NCBI GenBank assembly: GCA_001600695.1
Contig: BCKQ01000013.1
Span: 279,605 to 343,604, forward strand
DNA: 64,000 bases
Direction of reading: 5' to 3'
Source: Ascoidea asiatica JCM 7603
Lineage: Eukaryota; Fungi; Ascomycota
Position 1 is the stretch's first letter, and each line of letters begins with the position of its first letter. This document shows positions 1 to 11,312 of the stretch, piece by piece. The position numbers were made by a program, and so were the translations under genes. The notes under the pieces were generated by a model. That model was not told where the DNA came from and ran no database searches. It saw only the letters and a program-made list of their open reading frames with translations.

Positions 1-716
1 GTAAAAAATAGTGAATAAAAAATATAAAACATTATCAAAAATTGAATTATTTACATAAAATACAAGAAAGAGAAGCTAAAATACATTCATCAAGAGTGAA
101 GCTGAGATTGAAATTAATATTGAAACTAAAGGACTGAAATTAAGATAGAAACTCAGATAAAGAATATAAAATAAAATAGAATCAGAAGTTAAAAAATAAA
201 AAATATTGAAGAACTTTTTTAAAGCTCCATTAATTACTCTTTTTTTGTCCATATAGTCAGTATAATCTTCATTATTCTTTATCTACATATTCGACTTCAA
301 ATTTTATTAAATCATTATCATACAATTAATATACTCTAGAAATTAGTACACTTATTATCTTTTACTTTATTTCTTCATTTCTTTGTTTTGTTTCTTAATA
401 TTTTTTTTCTTAAATTTATCTTTTTTATGGAACATTTTGAGTTTTCAAATTATCGTTATATAAAGAAATAATTCGATTTTAAATTTCAATTTCAATCTCA
501 TTTAATTTGATATCATTTAATTTAATTTTCGATTTAATTTTCAAAAGAGATCATTATCAAATTCCTAATATTAATATATATTCAGTATATACCAAATCAT
601 TAATGGAAAATTGATTAATTAATTCAACTTAATCTCAAATTTAAAAAATATTCATTTACATATTCTATTATATAATATTGTATAATATATTATAATCAAT
701 AAGATAGCTTATCAAA

Positions 717-3700
717 ATGGGTTCTCTAACAAAAATCTTTCATAAAAAAGATAAAGATAAATTAAAAGAAAAAAAATTAAATGAAAAAGAAAAAAGTGAA
801 TCAAGAAGAAAATTCTCAATTTCTTCAAGAAGAAGACCTTCAATAACTCCTTCTTCATCTTCAACTATTTTATCTTCAGTCAATCAATCTTCTTCATCTT
901 CAATTAAATCCCCTACAACTACATCTCCTTCAAATAATATCATTAATTCAACTAATATAAATCCAAACAATATCAAACCCCTGCGAAAAGCTTCAACTCA
1001 TCCTTCAATTATCAATACTACTAATATCAATAATAAAATCAATGCTAACCTCAACGGTAACAGTAACAGTAACAGTAATATTAGTAGAATCAATGGAAAT
1101 ACAAATGGTAACATCAATGGTAATGTCAATGGAAATACAAATGGAAATATTATAAATCATTCTCCTTCCAAATCTTACTCGAATATAAGTTCATTAAATA
1201 ATACTCCAATAAATCATTCTTCAAATCGTTCTAGTTCTTTTTCTTCAAATTTCAGACCAAATGATTTAAATTTAAAACATTCTCATTCAATTTCTCTTTC
1301 AAATTTAGACAAAAATAATTTACGTCAAAATCTCTTATCAAATAATAATAATAATAACAGTAATAATAATGGACCTTCAATTCATCGTCCAAGCGCCCTT
1401 TCAAATGAATTGGTTTCAAAAAATTTTCTTTTCAACAACAATAATAATAATAATAATAATAATAACATCAATAATGATAATAATGATCATGATACAGTTA
1501 ATTTAATGGGATCTTTAGTTAGAAATAGAACTTCTCCAAATACTTTACCTTCAATGGCAAGTTTTAATAATAATAGTAACACTTTCAGTAATCTGCCCCA
1601 TTCAAGATCTCCTTCAATTGGTTTACCTTCGGTTGAATCTTATCAAATTAAAAATACTACTAATCATAATAATCCAAGAAATAGTACTTTAAGGGGTTCT
1701 TTTTATTCTTATCAAAGTTCAATATCAAATTCAATCTTAACAAATCAAAAAAGTCCTTCTTTTTATTTAGATAGTTCAAATTCAAATTCAAATGATAAGA
1801 CTTCTCCAACTTTACCATTACCAATTCAAATTCCAAATGATCATTTACCTTTAAACTTTAAACAAAAATTCAATGATTTAACTGATGAATATCAATTTCC
1901 AAACAATAGTATTTTAGATTCAAAGTCTTTAGGTGAAGGTGCAAGTGCAATTGTTAAAATTATCATAAATAAAAAAAATAAAAGATCTTTTGCTTTGAAA
2001 AAATTTATATTATTTAATCATGAATCTCCTGATCATTTTTATAAAAGATGTTCAAAAGAATATATTATTGCCCATTTAGCTTCAAATAATAAACATATAG
2101 TTTCTACTATTTCTTTAATTGCTATACATTCTTCAACTCAAATTAAAAGAGGTTGGGGTTTTGTTTTAGAATTATGTAAAGGTGGTGATTTATATAATTT
2201 AATTATGAAACCAGGTTTTGCAAATCAAAAACCTGAATATAAATTTTGTCTTTTTAAACAAGTTGCTTTAGGTTTAAAATATTTACATGCTTTAGATATA
2301 GTTCATAAAGATTTAAAACCTGAAAATATTTTAATTGGTGCAAATGGAATTTGTAAAATTACTGATTTTGGTATATCTGAATTTGGCCATGAAATTCCTG
2401 GTGATTTTTCGTCTCAAATAAGATTATCTCAATCATTTGTTGGTTCTCCTCCTTATTATCCTCCTGAAGTTTTAGCATTCAAAGGGTATAAACCTAGAAA
2501 AATGTCAATTAATAATTCTCGTCCACAACCCAAAAAATATGACTCTTTTAAAATGGATTGTTGGTCACTTGGTGTTATACTTTTTACAATGATGGGTAGA
2601 AATTTACCTTTCACTAATCCGGATATGAGTGATGCAAATTATCAAGATTATGTATCTTCTTTAAAAGATTTTACTAGAATAAATAAAAAATTCAAAGGTT
2701 CACCAAATGTGAAGGGTCCGGGTATTGATTATAAATTTGGTAAAATATTCCATGATACTGGAGCTTCAAGAGTTGGATGGAGATTAGTTGATCCAAATCC
2801 AGAAGAGCGTATGAATCTAAATCAACTTTTCGAAGATAATTGGTTCATAAATTTAGAAATGTGCTGTGGTGAAAATGATAATCAATATGATAGAACATGT
2901 TGTGTAATTGATAATGAAAAGATAGTATTAGAAGATGATATAGGTAATTTCGGCGCAGAAATACATTATGATCCAATTAGAAATCATTTCAGTCAAATAA
3001 AAGAAATTGAAGAAAAAGAGAAAGCTGAAAAAGAGGCCATACAATCTAGTCAAATGTCATTAAGATCTGCTAATTCTACTTCAATGCTTGATATTCATAG
3101 TTCATTAATAACTCCTAATAATTCCAGCACAAAATTATCTCAAGAAAATTTAGTCAAAAATATTAAAATACCTTCCATAAATTCAAAATTCGTGGAAATG
3201 CAAGGAATTTCATCAATAACACCTCCGTCACCTTCTGTTAGTGCATCTAGTGTCGGAGCTCCATTGTCAGCAGTTATAGAAGAGGATAAAGAAGATAAAG
3301 AAGATACTGATTCCAAATTGCCCGAGTCTCCTAAACTGAGCAATGGATCTTTTACTTCAAAAAATGGAGGGGTAAAAATGAAAAGTTCAAGTAGTAATAG
3401 CTTTGATAAACAAAAATTGGCTATACCAGAGCATATTACTGAAATGGTAAGCGAAGAAGAGGAAAAGGAAACTAATAGTAATAGTAATAGCATTGCTGAA
3501 AGAGCTGTGGAAAATAAAGGCGATTGTGATTGTAAAAGTAATTCTGATACTGGTAAAGAATCTCTAAGTTCTAGTTTAAGTTTTACTGCTCCACAAAGGT
3601 TCAATCCTGCTTCCAATTTATTAAATAATACAGCTAAGAAAACTACAACCCCTTCTCGTTCTTCTTCGATGATGATTCCTGATGATATCATTAAGAATGT

Positions 3701-4019
3701 TCCAGCTCATATTGCAGCACATAAAGTGATACCGAGTAACAAAGTTTCAGTTCAATCATTGGCTTCTAAAATGGTAGTTGCACCTGCTCACCCTTCTTCA
3801 AATGGTGATTCTCTTCTTCATACTTCAGATAGTTTGCTTTCAATGTCATTAAGTAATGAGAAACTTAATGATCAAGCAAGCTCTGTAAGCTCTTATCAAT
3901 TTGCTCAAAATAAGTCATGTAAATCTAAATTTTGCAAAGGAAGAATAAGAAGACATAATCATACCGATATTGTAAGTACTTCTTCTTTGGGTGGATATTC
4001 TTTACATGGTAAACGTTGA
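717..4019 (+). CDS. PTK2: Ser/Thr protein kinase, Npr/Hal family (Ptk1/Ptk2-like)
   Basis: 1100-aa ORF with kinase motifs LGEGASAIV, FALKKF, HKDLKPEN and ITDFG, plus Ptk-type KRCSKEYIIA and RGWGFVLELC segments; long N/S-rich disordered termini. Confidence 0.8.
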   Translation: MGSLTKIFHKKDKDKLKEKKLNEKEKSESRRKFSISSRRRPSITPSSSSTILSSVNQSSSSSIKSPTTTSPSNNIINSTNINPNNIKPLRKASTHPSIINTTNINNKINANLNGNSNSNSNISRINGNTNGNINGNVNGNTNGNIINHSPSKSYSNISSLNNTPINHSSNRSSSFSSNFRPNDLNLKHSHSISLSNLDKNNLRQNLLSNNNNNNSNNNGPSIHRPSALSNELVSKNFLFNNNNNNNNNNNINNDNNDHDTVNLMGSLVRNRTSPNTLPSMASFNNNSNTFSNLPHSRSPSIGLPSVESYQIKNTTNHNNPRNSTLRGSFYSYQSSISNSILTNQKSPSFYLDSSNSNSNDKTSPTLPLPIQIPNDHLPLNFKQKFNDLTDEYQFPNNSILDSKSLGEGASAIVKIIINKKNKRSFALKKFILFNHESPDHFYKRCSKEYIIAHLASNNKHIVSTISLIAIHSSTQIKRGWGFVLELCKGGDLYNLIMKPGFANQKPEYKFCLFKQVALGLKYLHALDIVHKDLKPENILIGANGICKITDFGISEFGHEIPGDFSSQIRLSQSFVGSPPYYPPEVLAFKGYKPRKMSINNSRPQPKKYDSFKMDCWSLGVILFTMMGRNLPFTNPDMSDANYQDYVSSLKDFTRINKKFKGSPNVKGPGIDYKFGKIFHDTGASRVGWRLVDPNPEERMNLNQLFEDNWFINLEMCCGENDNQYDRTCCVIDNEKIVLEDDIGNFGAEIHYDPIRNHFSQIKEIEEKEKAEKEAIQSSQMSLRSANSTSMLDIHSSLITPNNSSTKLSQENLVKNIKIPSINSKFVEMQGISSITPPSPSVSASSVGAPLSAVIEEDKEDKEDTDSKLPESPKLSNGSFTSKNGGVKMKSSSSNSFDKQKLAIPEHITEMVSEEEEKETNSNSNSIAERAVENKGDCDCKSNSDTGKESLSSSLSFTAPQRFNPASNLLNNTAKKTTTPSRSSSMMIPDDIIKNVPAHIAAHKVIPSNKVSVQSLASKMVVAPAHPSSNGDSLLHTSDSLLSMSLSNEKLNDQASSVSSYQFAQNKSCKSKFCKGRIRRHNHTDIVSTSSLGGYSLHGKR

Positions 4020-4600
4020 GATTTTCTGAAGCTTTTTTTATTCAATTTTTTACAAGTTTTTTTCAAAAAATAAATATTAAAAATAGAAAAGTAATTTAAA
4101 TAAAAAAAAAAATTATAATATAGAGTGTGTGATATTTTTGTTGGTTTTTCTTTATATGTGTTTATCTTATTCCTTTTTTTTTTTTTTTTTCTCTCTTTTC
4201 CCCCTTTTTCTCGTTTTTGTTTTTCTTTCTTTCTATCTTTTTTTGAGCATAAAATAATGAGATAACTCAAACCTCTTGATGGCATTAATTTTTTTCAATT
4301 CTTCTTAAAATTTTCTTACTTTTGCCATTCTTTTAGTTTTAATTTCTTTCCTTCCATATTCTTTAAATCAATAATAAAAGTCTTGAAATCAAATGCAGTT
4401 TTTTTTGTATATATACAGTATATTATAAAGTAAAACTTTCCTACAATTGTTTAATCCAATAACAAAACTGAAAAATTTTAATAGAAAAATACTTTAGTAT
4501 AGTACTATAATAAAAGACACTAATAAAAGATATAAAAAACTAGATAATAGTGAATAAATATTAAATGAAATAAAAAAAGTAATGAAAGCAATTACTTTTT

Positions 4601-5983
4601 TTAGAAAATAAATTCTATACTAGTGTCAATTGGATGAGAAGAACTTAATTGTGGTTTTTGACTATATTTTCCTTGTAAAACAGCTCTCATATTATTTAAT
4701 AAAGATAAATAAGTTTGTTCTTTACCACTATTCATAACTTTAATAAAAGCATAAGACATTGCACCAGTTGCTTCACCATTAATACTTGAATCAGCACTAG
4801 TTTGATTATCTTTACAACCACTTAAAGAAATTACATCAGCAGGAGAAGTATTTGTCTTTTTTTGTTGTTCAAAAACTTTATCATTATTAAATTTTTTATA
4901 AGCAACATTACCAACAAAACTTAATAATTTAGTTGTATTTAATCTACCACTTGCTAAACTACTTGTAACAGTATCCATTAAACCACTTTGAACTTCATCT
5001 AAAATATTTGGTTGTTTTATAACACCTTTTGTTGAATACATATAAGGTAAATTAAGCATTGAACCAGAATGACAACAATCAAAAATTGAAGTTAATCTAC
5101 AACCTTTTGGTAAAGGTTTAACAATTAAAGAATGAATATTATGATCAACAATAAAACCATTTTTTTCAAAATCTAATGGATAAATAACTTGAGAAGTACC
5201 ATCATATTCTAAACCAGTTTCATCAGGTGTTAAACCACCATGACCAGAATAATGAAAAAATAAAGAATCATTTTCTTTTGCATCTTTTACAAGCCATTGC
5301 ATTGCAGCTTCAATATTTTGTTTTATAGGTATACCTCTTTGATTTGATTGAGTTTCAGTTAAAATTACCATATCATCAGATTTATAACCATAATTAATTA
5401 AAAATTCTTTCATATTATCAACATCATTTATACAACCTTTTAATTCATTTTTTGAACCCATATAATTAATACCAATTAATAAAGCTTTTTTTCTACCATT
5501 ACAATTTGAATATTTATATTGATAATTTGAAACATTTGAATCAAATTGTTGATCTTGATTTGAGATTCTATTAATTTTATTTGCAGAATGAATTTGAACA
5601 TCAGAACCAATATTTTCATTTTGAAATACACTTTGAGAATGAGCTTGTTGTTTAATTTGATTTGGTGAATAACCTTGTGGAACACCAGGAGGTCTTTGAT
5701 AAGTTTGTTGAGTATGATTTGAAGAAGTAGTAGTTGTAGAAGAAGTATAAGAAGAATGATGAGTAGATTGTTGTTGATTATAATGAGATGGAGGTGGACC
5801 TGAAGGTCTGGTGTAACCTTCAGAAGAATAACTACTTTGATTAGTATATTGAGAAGGAGGTGGACCAGAAGGTCTAGTATAACCTTCAGAAGAATAAGTA
5901 TCTTGATTAGAATATTGAGAAGGAGGTGGACCAGAAGGTCTTTGATATTGATTTCTTCTATAATCTTCACCTGGATAACCCAT
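4601..5983 (-). CDS. MCA1: Metacaspase-1
   Basis: KKALLIGINY, LKGCINDV, FHYSGHG (catalytic His), FDCCHSG (catalytic Cys), SGCKDNQTSAD, QKPQLSSSHP; Q/P-rich prodomain. Confidence 0.96.
   Translation of the reverse strand: MGYPGEDYRRNQYQRPSGPPPSQYSNQDTYSSEGYTRPSGPPPSQYTNQSSYSSEGYTRPSGPPPSHYNQQQSTHHSSYTSSTTTTSSNHTQQTYQRPPGVPQGYSPNQIKQQAHSQSVFQNENIGSDVQIHSANKINRISNQDQQFDSNVSNYQYKYSNCNGRKKALLIGINYMGSKNELKGCINDVDNMKEFLINYGYKSDDMVILTETQSNQRGIPIKQNIEAAMQWLVKDAKENDSLFFHYSGHGGLTPDETGLEYDGTSQVIYPLDFEKNGFIVDHNIHSLIVKPLPKGCRLTSIFDCCHSGSMLNLPYMYSTKGVIKQPNILDEVQSGLMDTVTSSLASGRLNTTKLLSFVGNVAYKKFNNDKVFEQQKKTNTSPADVISLSGCKDNQTSADSSINGEATGAMSYAFIKVMNSGKEQTYLSLLNNMRAVLQGKYSQKPQLSSSHPIDTSIEFIF
5785..5941 (-). 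repeat. 66-bp coding tandem repeat (about 2.4 copies) in the MCA1 prodomain
   Basis: RPSGPPPS occurs three times at a 22-aa period; the DNA unit around ggaggtggacc(a/t)gaaggtct is repeated. Confidence 0.85.
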
Positions 5984-7469
5984 TTTGAAATTGAAAAATA
6001 CTTTTACTTTAGTTTTTAGTTAAGATAATTAGATTGATTGAAATCAAGATTTAAATTAAATTCAAATAAGAATTGAATTTGAATTAAAATAGAAATTATA
6101 TTTATAATAGAATATATTTCTTAAATATATAATATTGTAGTCGAGGATATTAATAAATAAGGGGAATTGAATTTTATAAGCCAATATAATCACAAATAAT
6201 TATTATGATTTCTTAAATGGACTCTTTCAATAAATAATAAATAAATATGAAATAATTTAAGCAAGTGTTAACGTCAAATACCCAAAATAAACAATTATTT
6301 CAAAAACTAAATACCAAATAATATTCTTTTACTTTTTTTTTCAATTGTCAATCGAGAACATTAGTTATTTATTTCAATACTAGCTAAAGTTCTTCAGTCA
6401 TTTACATTTTATTCACTTCCTTTGATTAAGTTTTTTTCTTACTTTCTTTCTTTCATTCTTTCTTTCTTCTTATTAAGCTATTTCATTTCATTTCATTTCC
6501 TCGTTTCATTGCCACTGAGAAATTACCGAAAAAAGAAGCTGCAGAAACAGTCGTTTTGGGTTTTGGTTTTTGCGCTTGAGTTTTTGGGCTTTTTCACAGT
6601 GGCTTCGCGTGCACCGCCACGAGTGCCACAGTATAAGCATTACCGCCACTTGTATCCGCTAACTCCGAGATAAATCAAGTCACATGATATTTGAGCGAAA
6701 CACTGTGCCACTTATTACTATTTTTATATGTGGCTGTGTTTGTGGTGATCCCTTACTTTTGGTCTCGGTGCCAAATGTAAAATTAAAATTGATATTTTAT
6801 TACTCAAATATAATAAGAAATGAAGAATGAAACTAATTTAGATTAAAACCAACATTATGAGAATAATATAAATGTTGATGAACATGAGAAAGAGCTTTCA
6901 GTTCTTGATCTACTATACGAGCGAGACAATGGAAAATACCAGTTAGGTGAATAATGTCAAGTTATTTTGCTCACCCTATTATATTAGATAAAAAATTAGT
7001 GGTGAAATAAAAATATCAAAAAGAGGAATCAGTTATTTTAAATATATGATGACTGAAGATGAAGGAGTTCCTAATGATGCTCCATTCATTGAAAGTAAGT
7101 AAAGATATCTCAAAGATATCTCAAATAAATTTTAGATTTGAATTTTGTGTGTGTAGTTATAGATTGAGTAATAGATTCATAAAATATCTAAAAGTTAGAC
7201 AATCCATTTCAAAGGTGAAATAAATTAAGAATCCATTCGCATTTTAATTATCACAAGCTCTGAAATCTTTAAAGAACTTAATAAGTTGATTATTTTTAAA
7301 TGGAAATTTAAACAATCAGTAGCGGTGCACAATGCTTGGTAAGAGTTTCCAGATAAATTCAAATAAAGGGTCTTTAAAGAACATTACCGTTAATTGATAT
7401 TAAACGTTAATAAATTTAATGTGAGTTTTTGATTGATTCACTCTATCAAGGGTTGTAATAAGATTGATT

Positions 7470-7526
7470 TGAGATTAATATATGATTAATATGAGATTAA
7501 TATATGATTAATATGAGATTAATATA
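7470..7526. repeat. 22-bp minisatellite TGAGATTAATATATGATTAATA, about 2.6 copies
   Basis: Read directly from the sequence. Confidence 0.85.
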
Positions 7527-8049
7527 GACACGAGATTATTGGAAATATTGTGATTTTCATTTCGTATTTTGAATTTTGGTCAATTCTTCAAAACAAGTGA
7601 TTTTAAGCTTAAACTTTCCTTACAGAATTTTTGTTATGAGTTTTACCCCAAAAATGCAAAGAACAATCTCAATTCAAGTCATTCAATATACCACTAAGGA
7701 TTAAAACCAGCTTTTAAAAAAGTATTCTTTACCAAATTTCAATACTTTTGAGTATATTTTATTTTCCATATGAAACTAGATTCGAATTTCATCTCATTGT
7801 TGAGAATAACCTTATCATTAATTTCAATTCATGATTATTTTCTTTGAAATGAAATGCTATAAAAGGGCTTTGAAATCTTCCTTCTCATAAATTAAAATAT
7901 ACTTTCTTTTCATAATCATACTCAAATCTAAACTCAAAAAAAAAGTAAATATATAACTTAACCTCTGCAATCCAAAGCCTTCTAATATAATTTTTTCAAA
8001 AAAAAAAAAATATCAAATAAATTAACTTCAATTCTTTCTGTTAATTAAA

Positions 8050-10764
8050 ATGCCATTATTTAATAAAAGTTCCTACTTTTTAGAAAAAAATGCTTCAATT
8101 TGTGACCTTGTCTCACTTAAAATTGAATCAAATGTTTTAAATGATTTCTTAGCCAATGTTTCTTTTGAACAGGTTTATAAAATTACTCCAAAAGATTATA
8201 AAAAAAAAGAAAAAAAAATTGATGATAATAATAATAATAATAACATTTTTAATGAGAACGATTATAATTTCAATTATCCAATCCAAAATTCTTCTTCAAT
8301 TTATGCTTTTATTTTCACAATCATAAATTTAGATAAAGATCCTAAATCTAATAAAACAATTCTCAAAGGTAAATGTTTTCCTAAGAAAAAAGCTGAAAAA
8401 TTATTTAATTATGTTAAAGAAAATCATAAAGATAAATCAATTGGTTTAACTTATTCAATTTCAAATGATTCATTTCAAATTAGATTATCAAATTTACCAG
8501 TTAATGCAATTATTAAAATTCAATTAAATTATGATATCAAATTAGATTTTGATACTCAATATAATGCTTATAGGTTCTTTGTACCTTTATCTTTAGGTAA
8601 AAGATATATTTCTTTAAATGATTTAATTTCTGAAAATTCAAATAATCCAAACTTTTTAGATTGCATCAATCAAAAGTCAGTAAATCTAAATTCTGATAAT
8701 CAAGCTTTAACATTAATTACAAATTTCAACAAACCATATAGTAAAGTTGAATGTATTTCAAATCATCATGAAGACTCAAAAGGTTCTATATATTCAAATA
8801 CTAAACAAATTATTTATTCAAATGAATCTTTTTCAAAGTTTATGTCTAATAATGTAAATGAAGGATATTCAGATAAATCAAACTCTGAATATGTACTTAT
8901 TTTAAGTAAGGATAATTGTTCAAATTCCAATAATTTAACTATTTTCAATTGCAATTTACCCTCGAATTTCAAAACAATCACTCAATTTCCTTATAATAAA
9001 TGTATCTCTTTGAATCTATGAGTAAATGAACTGATAAATATCTCATCTAATGTTAAAAATAATTCAAAAATTTTTAAAAAAAATATTTATTTCCTAATTG
9101 ATAGATCTGGATCAATGTGGGGTAATCCTATTGCATTATTAAAAGATTCTTTAAAATTATTCTTAGCTTCTTTTCCAAATGATCCAAACATTTCATTAAA
9201 TATAGTTTCATTTGGATCTCGATCCTACCCATTATTCAATGATTCTTCAAAAACAATTGAGAATCAAGAAACTTATAATTTAATCAAAAATTTCATTGAT
9301 TCCATTGATGCTGATCTTGGTGGTACTGAAGTATCTGGCGCTTTAAAAACTACTCACAATTTGATTAAACAAGATTTAAAGTTATTTACAAATATAAATC
9401 CAGAAACTATTGTTGAAAATGAAATAATATTATTAACAGATGGATCAGTATGGAATATTGATTCGATTTTAAATAAAATCAAAGCTTTCAAAGATGTTCA
9501 ATTAAATTCAATCAATAAAACTTCAACAGTAAGATATTTTTCATTAGGTGTTGGTAATGGTGTTTCACATGATTTAGTTGATTCAATTTCCAGTATTGGT
9601 GATGGATATTCTCAATATGTCCAAGAAAAAGAAAGAATGGAAGTAAAAATTATCAAATTATTAACTTCAATTTTAGCATCACCTTTCAAATTTTTTTCTT
9701 TACAAATGAGAAACAATAGAACCAATGAGTATAAAAGTACAAAAAGATTCGGAAGAAGACGAGTTTGTTATGATTGAATTAGAAAATAATTTTAACAAAA
9801 AATTGAATCTTGAATTTAAAAATAAATCAAGAACAAATAAAGAAATCTCAAATAATTATTTGATTTTACCTTCTAATCCCCAATTATTTTCAGGTATCGA
9901 TAATAATTATTTTTTTTTTTATAATGATGAAAACAAAAGCTTTAATAATTTAAATGAATTCAGTGAATTTAAATTAATATCTGAAAATCCATTCAATGAT
10001 AAAAAAATTGAAATTTCTGGGGAGCTTACTTGAGTGAGTTTTCTAATAAGGAAATTGAATTAGAAGTACCATCTAAATTCGAAGCCATTGCTCTAAATTT
10101 TAGTCTTGTTTCAAAGTGGACTTCATTATTAGCTGTTGATGAAGTTGAGAAAATTTTCGATGAATTTGAGAGTTTTAATGGTGAAAAAAATGTTTCATCC
10201 GGTAACATGTTAGGTAATTCTGCTTTTAAAACTGGAAGTTCTCACATTATGTTGTCAAATTGCCCGGTAAGAATTGATCTAAAAACATTAAATAAATCTA
10301 GTCAAATCTTTGAAGCTTCATCCTTAAAAGGTTGTCAAAATCCAGACCCAATTTCTTTGTCTTCTGTTGATAAAAATTTTGAAGTAGAAGCTTCAAGTAA
10401 AAGTGTCAACGATTCAACTACTTCAATTACAAATGAAGAGTTAGAAGATTTTTCAGGAAGCTATATGGAAGAAAGTAATTTGGAGAAATTGAGTCCAAAA
10501 CTAGATATTTCTCTGTTTTCTGATACTGAAAAACTACTTAAAATTATTGAATATCAAAATTTTGACGGTTCTTTTGAAAAATTACCCAAAGAGTTATTCG
10601 AGGAAATTATTAAGGATTCAGGAAATACAATTGAATATGAGAATTGTGATACTTTAACTTTAACCAAATTGATTGTTAATTACTGCAAAGATAAATTGAG
10701 TGAATTAGAAAAGATTTGGAAATTAACTATTAGTAAAAGTGAAAAGTATATAGAAAAAAATTAA
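8050..10764 (+). pseudogene. Disrupted VIT + von Willebrand A domain protein (VWA5A/PARP4-like)
   Basis: Four consecutive ORFs. An in-frame TGA at 9019-9021 is followed in the same frame by YFLIDRSGSM (MIDAS DxSxS), then GGTE, ILLTDG and FSLGVG. Frameshifts occur near 9707 and 10030. The C-terminal part has FSLVSKWTSLLAVD and YQNFDGSF, typical of the family. Confidence 0.8.
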
Positions 10765-11312
10765 GTAAAAAATTTTGAATAAAATCTTTTTTTTTTTTTT
10801 GTCAAAGATAGAAATAATTACTCTAGCCTTTTTATAATAAAATAATTTAATATGACTAATAAACAAAAAAGTGTTTATTACTACTTCAATTGAATTCATA
10901 TAGTTTGAAAATTTTCAACATTTGAGCAGGTTTGATTAAAATCTTACTTCTATTCTTCAATCCAAAGTATTTTATTTAATTGAAAAAACTACAATTGATA
11001 TTATCTATGAATATTTACTCAATTTTATATGTTTTTTATTTTTCTGTAATGCTATTGGAAAGAAAGAAAAATTTCAACTAGAGAAAAGTCGAATATAAGA
11101 AATTGGATATGAGTATAAAGTTATGAGAGTTTTAATATAAAATTTATCATGACTTAGGTTTAATATTATTTTTTTTATAGGTATTAGATATTAAGCAGCT
11201 TTTGTTTATATTAGTAGTTAAGAGCTTAAATAGCTAACGAAAAAGGTATGTAAGTTAAAATGGAGATTAAAGTAGAAATAGTCTAGTTATAATTTGTGGA
11301 TAGTATAGGTAA

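Noticed and set aside
3140-4285. Antisense ORFs overlapping the kinase gene and its 3' end
   Set aside because: Shadow frames of S/E-rich coding sequence and poly-T tracts; no motifs
10034-10050. GTGAGT...CTAAT...AAG mini-intron in the VWA gene
   Set aside because: Only 17 nt long and located after the stop, so it cannot repair the frame
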